IMG/VR virus record: IMGVR_UViG_3300045988_168338
Source: a virus
Length of the DNA: 41,186 nt
Reading direction: 5' to 3' (one strand)
Positions 6,683-13,896 of the stretch are shown one piece after another. Position 1 is the first letter of the stretch, and each line of letters starts with the position of its first letter. The notes beneath the pieces are model-generated. The model was not told the DNA's origin. It was given only the letters and a program-made list of their open reading frames with translations, and did not search any database. Both the position numbers and the translations under genes were made by a program.

Positions 6683-7257
6683 GGAAACAAGACAAAGACC
6701 TGAACGTGAAGCCGGAGGCGCTGCTCTGGCTCGATTTCGAAACGACCGGTACGGACAGGGACGGCAGTCTGCCGTTGGAGGTCGGCATGGAATGCACCGA
6801 CGTGCTGGGCGAACATTCGTATGGATCCCTGCATCGCATCATCAGACCGGACTGTCTCGACCTGTTGGACATGAGCCCGATAGTGTTCTCCATGCACACG
6901 GACAACGGCCTCCTGTTCGAACTGTCGAACGGTTCCGCCGGGAACGACTGCGTGGGAGCGGTCGCGAACGCCGTGGAGGAGTATCTCGAATCCCTGTCGC
7001 AACGCTTCACCTTGGTTCCGGCCGGAACGAACGTGGACTTCGACATCGACTTCCTGAAACGTCTCGACCTGAACCCGGACAGGTGGCTGTCCTACCGCAA
7101 GTTCGACCTGACCACGCTCCGCCGGTATTTGAGGTTCATCGACTGTCCCGAAGACCCGTACAAGACGCATGCCGGCACGCACAGGGTGCGCGACTGTATC
7201 CGACGCGACATCAACGACTACATCCGATACCGCAAACTCCTGAAGGGAGCACGGTGA
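6679..7257 (+). CDS. Oligoribonuclease-like DEDDh 3'-5' exonuclease
   Basis: Collinear with E. coli Orn motifs: LLWLDFETTG (Exo I), GTNVDFDIDFL (Exo II), GTHRVRDCIRRDINDYIRYR (Exo III, H-x4-D). Confidence 0.8.
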   Translation: MRKQDKDLNVKPEALLWLDFETTGTDRDGSLPLEVGMECTDVLGEHSYGSLHRIIRPDCLDLLDMSPIVFSMHTDNGLLFELSNGSAGNDCVGAVANAVEEYLESLSQRFTLVPAGTNVDFDIDFLKRLDLNPDRWLSYRKFDLTTLRRYLRFIDCPEDPYKTHAGTHRVRDCIRRDINDYIRYRKLLKGAR

Positions 7258-7535
7258 TGACAACGAAGGGAAAAACCACGAAGACCGTATCCAAGGAGAC
7301 ACGGCCGCGCAAATGGCGCAAACCAGTGCCATGCCCGACCTGCGGCAGCCGAAACATCAGATTCGACCCGTTTGCCCGGGCCGTCAACCGGAAAACATCC
7401 GCCATACGACAGTTCTGGGTATGCTCCTGCGAACGCCACGGCATCCTCATCCTCACCCGCCACGACGACCTCAAGGAAGCCATCCGCGCATGGAACAAGG
7501 AAGCCACCAGACAAGGAAGGAAACACTCGAAATGA
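7257..7535 (+). CDS. Lar-family (restriction alleviation-like) zinc-ribbon protein
   Basis: CPTCGS...CSC zinc ribbon and a C-terminal EAIRAWNK motif characteristic of the Lar family. Confidence 0.55.
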   Translation: MTTKGKTTKTVSKETRPRKWRKPVPCPTCGSRNIRFDPFARAVNRKTSAIRQFWVCSCERHGILILTRHDDLKEAIRAWNKEATRQGRKHSK

Positions 7536-7837
7536 GAAAACGCAAACCACTCGCACTCGCCGGCATCGGCCTGACCGCCATCACCATGTTCCTGCTCACA
7601 CCGGTATTCCTCCTCGCGCTCGCGGGATGCGGGAGCACGCCTCACGAGCCGGAGGATTCGACCACGGAATCCGCCACCCGGTCGCAGTGCAGCTCGGACT
7701 CCAGCAAATTCCAGACGTGCACGGTCACGATGCCGGACACGAGGCGCGTCACCTGCGTCTTCTACAACGGCTATACCGAAGCGTCCATGTCCTGCGACTG
7801 GGCGCACGCTGACGGCGCGGACAAGGTGGAGGACTGA
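7532..7837 (+). CDS. Lipoprotein
   Basis: Signal peptide with lipobox: MRKRKPLALAGIGLTAITMFLLTPVFLLALAGC. Confidence 0.7.
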   Translation: MRKRKPLALAGIGLTAITMFLLTPVFLLALAGCGSTPHEPEDSTTESATRSQCSSDSSKFQTCTVTMPDTRRVTCVFYNGYTEASMSCDWAHADGADKVED

Positions 7838-7839
7838 TC

Positions 7840-8037
7840 ATGGCCGTCACGAAACGCAAGGCGGAGATGGTCGTCACGTGGCACGAGCGCGGCGTCGACA
7901 TCGAGACAACATGCAGGATGCTCGGCGTCACCCCGCAGGAGGCGAGCGCGATCATCCGTCAGCACGCCGCGGAGCGGGAGCGTCGGGAGCGGGCGGAGCG
8001 CATGCGCCCGGAATTCATCGAACCGCCCATGTTCTAG
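7840..8037 (+). CDS. Small HTH-like protein
   Basis: IETTCRMLGVTPQEASAIIRQ looks like a helix-turn-helix, followed by a basic/acidic tail. Confidence 0.5.
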   Translation: MAVTKRKAEMVVTWHERGVDIETTCRMLGVTPQEASAIIRQHAAERERRERAERMRPEFIEPPMF

Positions 8038-8080
8038 GCGCCTTTATACGCCAGTATACGTCTGCAGAAGGAGCGTAAAA

Positions 8081-8830
8081 ATGGATCGGAACTGCCAGAA
8101 CTGCGATAAGCGGGTCGAGGAGTCATGGACGTTGTGCAAGACGTGCCGGCGCGGGTACGCGCGGCTCCTGCACCGGCTGCGCGTCAACCTGTACCGGCTC
8201 CAGTCGGTCGCGCGCCGAGAATACCGTCTCACGGAGCCCGGCAACGGAGGCAGGCCGCAGGGAGGCGACGCGCCCGCACCCGTCGACCTGCACGCCGTCG
8301 ACCTGCTCGACCAGACCGAGCAGGCCATCGAACAGGCATGCGCGGACGCGGGAACATGGCTCGGCAGGTGGCAATGGCTCGCAAAACGAGCGCCAGTCAT
8401 CCTGCCCCTCCTGTGCAGGGCGTCGAACGCCGGATGGCACATGCGGCGCCTCACCCGGGCATGCGAGCGAATCGAGCGGATCGTCGACCGCGTGCCACGC
8501 TCGCGTAGGATCATCGGCGTATGCCCCGAATGCGGACGCGAAGTCCTCGCCGCGAAAGGCGAGACGCTGAGGCTCTGCAAATGCGGCAACCCCGTCAACG
8601 TGACCGAGCTGCGGGAGCAAAGCCGAGCCAAGGCCGAGGCAATGCACATCACCAAAACCCCGGCAGGCATGAGTCAATGGCTCAGGGAAAACTACGGGTA
8701 CGAGGTCAGCCGCAAGACGATAACCGATGCTTTGCGACGCGGGAAGCTGCCCGGCAGCAAGCCGGTCGAAGGCGGCTATTGGGAGTTCAGCATCCGCGAG
8801 ATAGTGGCTTTCGCCATGTCCAAGGCTTGA
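8081..8830 (+). CDS. Zinc-ribbon / C-terminal HTH DNA-binding protein (possible late regulator)
   Basis: Two CxxC pairs (CQNCD...CKTC; CPECG...CKCG) and a C-terminal Xis-like segment (MSQWLRENYGYEVSRKTITDALRRGKLPG...WEFSIREIVAF). Confidence 0.6.
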   Translation: MDRNCQNCDKRVEESWTLCKTCRRGYARLLHRLRVNLYRLQSVARREYRLTEPGNGGRPQGGDAPAPVDLHAVDLLDQTEQAIEQACADAGTWLGRWQWLAKRAPVILPLLCRASNAGWHMRRLTRACERIERIVDRVPRSRRIIGVCPECGREVLAAKGETLRLCKCGNPVNVTELREQSRAKAEAMHITKTPAGMSQWLRENYGYEVSRKTITDALRRGKLPGSKPVEGGYWEFSIREIVAFAMSKA

Positions 8831-8850
8831 CGGTAATACGCATAATGTGT

Positions 8851-9060
8851 ATGATAAGGGGTGTGAGGTTCAAGGAAATCGAGAAGATACTCCGCAAGGA
8901 CGGATGGCGACTCTACTCGCAGAGCGGAAGCCACTGCCAGTACACGCACCCCGACAAGCCCGGAAGGGTCACCGTCCCCAAACACAGCGGAGACCTCGCG
9001 CCCTTCACCGTCAGATCGATATGGAAACAAGCCGGAATCAACGAAAGAAGAATCAAATGA
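8851..9060 (+). CDS. hicA: HicA mRNA interferase toxin
   Basis: FKEIEKILRKDGWRLYSQSGSHCQYTHPDKPGRVTVPKHSGDLAPFTVRSIWKQAGI is a typical HicA. Alternative starts at 8845 and GTG 8863. Confidence 0.8.
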   Translation: MIRGVRFKEIEKILRKDGWRLYSQSGSHCQYTHPDKPGRVTVPKHSGDLAPFTVRSIWKQAGINERRIK

Positions 9061-9467
9061 AACTCGTCTACCCGGTCGTCCTCTACCCATCCGGCGTCCC
9101 CGGCGGGTACACCGTGCTCTGCCCCGACATGCCCGGCCTCGTCACCGAAGGCCGGAACCTGCCCGAAGCGCTCGACATGGCCGTGGACGCCGCCAGCGGT
9201 TGGGTGCTCGGCGAACTCGAGGAAGGACGCCACGAGCCGCGCGCCACCAACATCGCCGACGTGAAACCCGACGAACCGGGCGGCATCGTCACCCTCATCA
9301 GCCTCGACATGGACTCCTACGCCGAAAAATACGGCAGAAAATCAGTGCGCAAGAACGTCACTATCCCCGCATGGCTCGACACGTTCGGCGAACAGGCCGG
9401 AATCAACTACAGCCAAGTCCTGCGCGAAGGACTCGAACGCCGATACAACGACCTCCAAAACGCCTGA
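9057..9467 (+). CDS. hicB: HicB antitoxin
   Basis: ATGA overlap with hicA. N-terminal HicB fold motif (YPVVLYPSGVPGGYTVLCPDMPGLVTEGRNLPEAL) and a C-terminal RHH-like segment. Confidence 0.8.
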   Translation: MKLVYPVVLYPSGVPGGYTVLCPDMPGLVTEGRNLPEALDMAVDAASGWVLGELEEGRHEPRATNIADVKPDEPGGIVTLISLDMDSYAEKYGRKSVRKNVTIPAWLDTFGEQAGINYSQVLREGLERRYNDLQNA

Positions 9468-9468
9468 C

Positions 9469-9636
9469 ATGCCCACCCCGCAATTCACCGAATGGCACAC
9501 CGCCGAACATCTCGAAAACGAAGAAGACATCAGACTGTATCTGGACGCCTGCAAGGCATACGACGACCCGCGTCTGATGAGCTTCGCGCAGCGGGAAGCG
9601 GCCAAAGCGCGAGAAAACTTTTCCAGGCGGGAGTAG
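9469..9636 (+). CDS. Truncated addiction-module antidote (HigA-family N-terminal segment, no HTH)
   Basis: The 55-aa ORF TEWHTAEHLENEEDIRLYLDACKAYDDPRLMSFAQREAAKAR matches the conserved N-terminus of antidote proteins but ends before the HTH. Confidence 0.45.
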   Translation: MPTPQFTEWHTAEHLENEEDIRLYLDACKAYDDPRLMSFAQREAAKARENFSRRE

Positions 9637-9678
9637 GCTGCCGCCACCCCGTGGTATACTCCGTATCAGGATTAGTGT

Positions 9679-9713
9679 GAAAGCCCTAGGAGATGCGCTC
9701 TTCTAGGGCTTTC
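9679..9713. terminator. Bidirectional hairpin terminator
   Basis: Perfect 11-bp stem GAAAGCCCTAG / CTAGGGCTTTC between convergent genes. Confidence 0.6.
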
Positions 9714-9788
9714 GCATATCCAGCCACAAGGGTTCGGGGCGCTGCTGCTCAAGGCCTGCGAGCGCTTCGCGCGGACATTCGACGCGGG

Positions 9789-9992
9789 CTAGTCCGCGTG
9801 CTTGCGTGGCCTGCCTCCGCCGACGCCCCGACCGGGACGCTTCGCGTTCCATCCGTCTATCGTCTCCGGGAGCCAGCCGCGCGTGCGGCCTATCATGGCG
9901 TCGGGTTCGGGGAGCTTGAGGTTGAGCAGGCCGCCACTGGTTATGCCGAGGCGTTCGGCGACCTGCTTGACGCCGAGGTATTCAGTCGCCAT
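9789..9992 (-). CDS. HTH DNA-binding protein (Xis/AlpA-like), gene 3 of small-protein module 1
   Basis: SD GGAGGA then N6 then ATG 9992. YLGVKQVAERLGITSGGL...WLPETIDGW. Confidence 0.65.
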   Translation of the reverse strand: MATEYLGVKQVAERLGITSGGLLNLKLPEPDAMIGRTRGWLPETIDGWNAKRPGRGVGGGRPRKHAD

Positions 9993-10140
9993 CGTCGCTC
10001 CTCCAGCCCGCGAACAGACCGGCAAGCCCGGCGGCCACGGCGAATCCCGCAGCCCCGTAGGGTTGTCCCGCCGCCGCGAACATGGCGGATATGACGGCGA
10101 ACAGCATGCTCATGACGCCCAGTGTTCTTGATTTGCTCAT
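9982..10140 (-). CDS. 52-aa two-TM glycine-zipper-like membrane protein, gene 2 of module 1
   Basis: Below the cutoff of the ORF track. MSKSRTLGVMSMLFAVISAMFAAAGQPYGAAGFAVAAGLAGLFAGWRSDDGD. Its stop overlaps the start of 9789..9992. A paralog lies at 33589..33732. Confidence 0.5.
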   Translation of the reverse strand: MSKSRTLGVMSMLFAVISAMFAAAGQPYGAAGFAVAAGLAGLFAGWRSDDGD

Positions 10141-10170
10141 GATGTTCCATGGAATATAGGATTGGCGGAG

Positions 10171-10201
10171 GGGTTCCGGCTAATAGGTCTAGCCGGAACC
10201 C
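10171..10201 (-). terminator. Intercistronic hairpin (attenuator or terminator) in module 1
   Basis: Perfect 12-bp stem GGGTTCCGGCTA / TAGCCGGAACCC immediately after the stop of 10205..10333. Confidence 0.5.
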
Positions 10202-10204
10202 GTT

Positions 10205-10333
10205 TTACTTCTTCCTGCGTTTCCGCTTGGACCGGCCCTTCTTGTCGGGCTTGTCCCTGCGGACCTCGACCCAGATGGTCACCGCTATGGCGGCCCAGCT
10301 GGTGATGAGTTGCATCCAATCCTTGAGTTCCAT
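10205..10333 (-). CDS. 42-aa single-TM protein with a polybasic tail, gene 1 of module 1
   Basis: Strong SD GGAAAGGAGGTGAAC then ATG 10333. MELKDWMQLITSWAAIAVTIWVEVRRDKPDKKGRSKRKRRKK. A paralog lies at 33800..33946. Confidence 0.55.
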   Translation of the reverse strand: MELKDWMQLITSWAAIAVTIWVEVRRDKPDKKGRSKRKRRKK

Positions 10334-10348
10334 GTTCACCTCCTTTCC

Positions 10349-10388
10349 TTGGTCGATATATCTATAGTGATATAATTACTATAGATAT
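10349..10388 (+). promoter_or_regulatory. Candidate promoter with extended -10 and an overlapping 11-bp inverted repeat (divergent control region)
   Basis: TTGGTC (10349-54), 16-nt spacer, then TGaTATAAT (10368-76). The inverted repeat ATATCTATAGT (10358-68) / ACTATAGATAT (10378-88) brackets the -10. Confidence 0.5.
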
Positions 10389-10443
10389 GCAAGGCGGGAG
10401 CACAACGACACGCCGACCACGACGGTGGAGAGAGGTGGATGCC

Positions 10444-10812
10444 ATGCCCTCCGTGAGCCGACGCGAGCGCTGGTACACCAGCGACAGGCGGTACCGGCTG
10501 CCCTCCGACTGGGGGCGGCGCAAGGCCGCCGTCCGAGCACGCGCACACGGCAGATGCCAGGCCGCCAGCCACGCCCCCGGATGCAACGGGGTGGGTACGG
10601 AGTGCGACCACATCGTCGCCGGCGACGACCACGACCTCGACAACCTTCAATGGCTGTCGCACGAATGCCACAAAGCCAAGACCGAGCGGGAGAACGCCGA
10701 ACGCAACCGGCGGCGCAAGCTCATGAGACTGCATCCGAGCGAAAGACAACCCGGACTGCTAGACTGGACGCCACGCCGGGTGGGAGGGGACTCCCCGGCG
10801 ACACCGGTATAA
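10444..10812 (+). CDS. HNH endonuclease (packaging-associated)
   Basis: ...RCQAASHAPGCNGVGTECDHIVAGDDHDLDNLQWLSHECHKAKT. SD GGAGAGAGGTGG upstream. Sits upstream of the terminase genes, as in HK97-like cos phages. Confidence 0.85.
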   Translation: MPSVSRRERWYTSDRRYRLPSDWGRRKAAVRARAHGRCQAASHAPGCNGVGTECDHIVAGDDHDLDNLQWLSHECHKAKTERENAERNRRRKLMRLHPSERQPGLLDWTPRRVGGDSPATPV

Positions 10813-10849
10813 CCGCCGGATAGCACCTCCGGTTGTGCATGCGCCTGGA

Positions 10850-11050
10850 ATCCCCGTTTTTCCTCCTGCGTCGTTTTCCGCCGGTCTTGTCCCGTTCGCC
10901 CCTCCCGTGGCCGTTTCCTCGGCTCGCTGGGGCCTTCCACGTTCGCGCGACGCTTTCCTCGCCGTCCGTCTTTCACCTCTTCAAGCCATGTCACGTTATG
11001 AATAAAACGTTGGAATATGGCCGTTATATTGTTTTTTAAGCGATGTCACG
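10850..11050. other. Pyrimidine-strand-biased repeat region, candidate cos/terminase recognition region
   Basis: Five CG(T/C)TTTCC-like motifs and two ATGTCACG repeats (10988, 11043) in an AT-rich patch between the HNH gene and the terminase genes. Confidence 0.35.
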
Positions 11051-11064
11051 ATATAGTGGATTGT

Positions 11065-11685
11065 GTGAACGGGACATGCGAATACTGTGGAAGCGCGATG
11101 GATGCGGCAGGACGCGGCAGGCCGCGCCGCTACTGCTCCGACCGCTGCCGCACCGCCGCCATGCGCGAGCGGCGGGCCGGGCGCAACGCGATACCGTACG
11201 AGATGACGCACGCCGACCGGTGGCTGCGCTGGAAGCGCGTCACACGCGGCGACGGCACCACCAAGCGGCCCATCACCATCGCGGGCCGTCCCGCGTCCAG
11301 CACCGACCCGGCCACATGGTGCGCATGGTGGGACGCGCTCGGCTCCACAGCGGGCGACGGACTCGGATTCGCACTCGGCGGCGGGTTCGCGTGCATCGAC
11401 CTCGACCACTGCTACGACAGGCGCAACCACCTGACGGACTGGGCCAAAATGCTCCTCGCCCCCGTGGAAGGCAGAACCTACATCGAGACCAGCCCCTCCG
11501 GCGACGGGCTGCACATCTGGGGACGCTGCGCGCCCCGCGCCGGCGTCAGGGCGCGCGGGCTCGTCACCGCAGAGGCGTACAGCCGCGACCGCTACATGAC
11601 CGTCACCGGCCGCCCATGGCACCACGCGCCGGCCACGCTCGCCGACCTCACGTTCCTGTTCGACGTGATCGAAAGACTCCGATAG
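11065..11685 (+). CDS. Zinc-ribbon plus AEP primase-polymerase-like domain protein
   Basis: CEYCGS...YCSDRCR zinc motif. ACIDLDHC (DxD), ETSPSGDGLHIWG (sGxGxH) and EAYSRDRYMTVTG motifs. The start is uncertain (11017, 11056 or 11065). Confidence 0.6.
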   Translation: MNGTCEYCGSAMDAAGRGRPRRYCSDRCRTAAMRERRAGRNAIPYEMTHADRWLRWKRVTRGDGTTKRPITIAGRPASSTDPATWCAWWDALGSTAGDGLGFALGGGFACIDLDHCYDRRNHLTDWAKMLLAPVEGRTYIETSPSGDGLHIWGRCAPRAGVRARGLVTAEAYSRDRYMTVTGRPWHHAPATLADLTFLFDVIERLR

Positions 11686-11704
11686 ACGGGAAGGAGACAA
11701 TGGC

Positions 11705-12094
11705 ATGCCCACGCCGAAACCCACCAAGCACCGCATGCCCACGGGCCTGACCCGCGACGGGCGCGGACAACGCCTATGGCACGACCTGACCGACAGATGG
11801 GAATTCACCGAAGCCGAATACCGCGACCTCGAAAACGCCTGCCACACCGCCGACCGCATCGTCAAGGAACGCCGCGCCATCGGCGACGACTACACCGTCG
11901 AAGGCAGCCAGGGCCAGATCGTCGCCCACCCGCTCCTCGCCCAGCTGCGCGCCGACGAAAACCACCTCTCCAACCTCCTCAACCGGCTCGACATGCCCGA
12001 ACCCGAAGAACAGGCCGCCGCCGACACACCCGGAACGAGAAGCGCCCGGATGCGCGCCGTCGCCGACTCCCGCTGGAGCAAGGCGTTCGGCTGA
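11705..12094 (+). CDS. Terminase small subunit (P27 family)
   Basis: ...LWHDLTDRWEFTEAEYRDLENACHTADRIVKERRAI...GQIVAHPLLAQLRADENHLSNLLNRL is typical of P27-type TerS. Confidence 0.8.
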   Translation: MPTPKPTKHRMPTGLTRDGRGQRLWHDLTDRWEFTEAEYRDLENACHTADRIVKERRAIGDDYTVEGSQGQIVAHPLLAQLRADENHLSNLLNRLDMPEPEEQAAADTPGTRSARMRAVADSRWSKAFG

Positions 12095-13896
12095 TGGCAC
12101 GGCTGCGCAACGACAACGCGGCCGCACTGATCCCCGACAGGACACGCGAACTCGCCGAGATCGCCGACTGGTACCGCCGCGCGCTCGCCGACGAGCCGGC
12201 GCGCCGATGGAACACGGGCCCGACGCTCATCGGCCCCACGTGGAAGCGCGGGGCGGACGGCGGCTGGCTGCTGCCCGAGCACACGCTCGGATGGGATTTC
12301 CTCGCGTGGTGCGGCTACTGGCTGCGCGACTCCAAGGCGCGCACCCCATGGAAATGGACGCTCGAGCAGGCGCGCTTCTGGCTGTGGTTCTACGCGCTCG
12401 ACGACGAGGGCCGACCGTTGCACGACAACGCGGTGCTCCAACGGCTCAAGGGGTGGGGCAAGGACCCGATGGCCGCCGGCGGCGCGGTCGCCAGCTGCTT
12501 CGCGCCGCTCACCTTCGACCACTGGGATCCGCGCACCGGCGAGCCGGTGGGGCGTGAGGAGCCGAACGCGTGGGTGCAGGTGTGCGCCGTCAGCCAGGAG
12601 CAGACCAAGAACACCATGAAGCTGCTGCCGGGCCTGATCCCCATGGAGACCAGACGCCACTACGGCATCCAGCTCGGCAAGCTCAACATGTACGCCCTGG
12701 GCGACAGCCGCCAGATCGAGGCCGTCACCAGCTCGCCGCTCGCCCTGGAGGGCGGACGGCCCACGTTCCTGATCCGCAACGAGACCCAGAACTGGAACTC
12801 GTCGAACGGCGGACACGACATGGACGGCGTGCTCTCCGGCAACGCGGCGAAAAGCGCCGACGGCGTGAACGCGAAGATGCTCGACATCTGCAACGCCTAC
12901 CGGGACGGCGAGGACAGCGTCGCGCAGAGGGTGCGCGAGGCGTGGGAGGGCACGCAGGGCGACCCCGACAGCCCCGACAAGGGGCTCAGGCCGAAATACA
13001 TGGACTTCGGGCTGCTCTACGATTCCATCGAAGCCGCCCCGGACATCCCCATGACCGAGGAATCGATCCCCAAGGTCATCGCCGACGTGCGCGGCGACAG
13101 CGACTGGCTGTCCACGCGACGCATCCTCAAGGAGATCATCAACCCGAAGAACCCCGTCAGCGAATCCCGGCGCAAATGGTTCAACCAATGCCAGGCCCCC
13201 GAGGACGCGTACGTGACCAGCCAGGAATGGGACGCCAACGAACACCCCGAACTCGAACTCGGGGACGGCGAGGCCATCGTCATGTTCCTCGACTGCTCCC
13301 TGACCGACGACGCCACCGCGCTCGTCGCATGCCGCGTCGCCGACGGATTCGTCAAACCCCTGGGCCTGTGGCAACGCCCGCCCGGCAAACGCGGCGACAC
13401 GTGGAAGGTGCCGCGCGAAGGCGTGGACGACACCGTACGCGAGGCCATGCGACGCTACCACGTCGTCGCCTTCTGGGGAGACCCCAGCCACGTGCTCGAC
13501 GACGAAACCGGACTGCACTACTGGGACCCGCTTTTCGACGCATGGCACCGCGACTACGGGCGCAGGCTCAGACTCTGGGCGCGCCCCGAAGGCCGGGACC
13601 GGCACGCCGTCATGTTCGACATGGCCCGCCTCGACGTGCAGAAACGCTTCGTCGCCTACGTCGACCAGGCCTACACCGCCATAGCCGACAAGGACTTCCC
13701 CCACGACGGCGACGCGCGCCTGCGCCGGCACATGCTCAACGCGCGCCGCCAACCCACCCGCGCCGGCATGAGCATCGCCAAGGAAGGCCGCGAATCCAAA
13801 CGCAAGATCGACCTCGCGTTCTGCGCCATCGCCGCCCGCGGCATGCGCCGCGAATACCTCAACGCCAGAAAACAAGGAGGCGGACAGATATGGTGA
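12094..13896 (+). CDS. Terminase large subunit
   Basis: A 600-aa ORF overlapping the TerS stop (TGATG), sitting before the portal. Nuclease-half motifs (IVMFLDCSLTDDATALV...VVAFWGDPSH). Confidence 0.9.
   Translation: MARLRNDNAAALIPDRTRELAEIADWYRRALADEPARRWNTGPTLIGPTWKRGADGGWLLPEHTLGWDFLAWCGYWLRDSKARTPWKWTLEQARFWLWFYALDDEGRPLHDNAVLQRLKGWGKDPMAAGGAVASCFAPLTFDHWDPRTGEPVGREEPNAWVQVCAVSQEQTKNTMKLLPGLIPMETRRHYGIQLGKLNMYALGDSRQIEAVTSSPLALEGGRPTFLIRNETQNWNSSNGGHDMDGVLSGNAAKSADGVNAKMLDICNAYRDGEDSVAQRVREAWEGTQGDPDSPDKGLRPKYMDFGLLYDSIEAAPDIPMTEESIPKVIADVRGDSDWLSTRRILKEIINPKNPVSESRRKWFNQCQAPEDAYVTSQEWDANEHPELELGDGEAIVMFLDCSLTDDATALVACRVADGFVKPLGLWQRPPGKRGDTWKVPREGVDDTVREAMRRYHVVAFWGDPSHVLDDETGLHYWDPLFDAWHRDYGRRLRLWARPEGRDRHAVMFDMARLDVQKRFVAYVDQAYTAIADKDFPHDGDARLRRHMLNARRQPTRAGMSIAKEGRESKRKIDLAFCAIAARGMRREYLNARKQGGGQIW

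Noticed and set aside
8038-8080. TATACG...GTATACG repeats between 7840..8037 and 8081..8830 as an operator
   Set aside because: The motif is short (6-7 bp) and occurs in a 43-bp spacer that also has to hold the SD. That is too little information to distinguish it from chance.
12430-12500. Unusual Walker A-like string KGWGKD in the large terminase
   Set aside because: It could be a divergent P-loop, but this cannot be judged without an alignment to terminase families. The ORF is otherwise intact and syntenic, so it is not reported as a finding.
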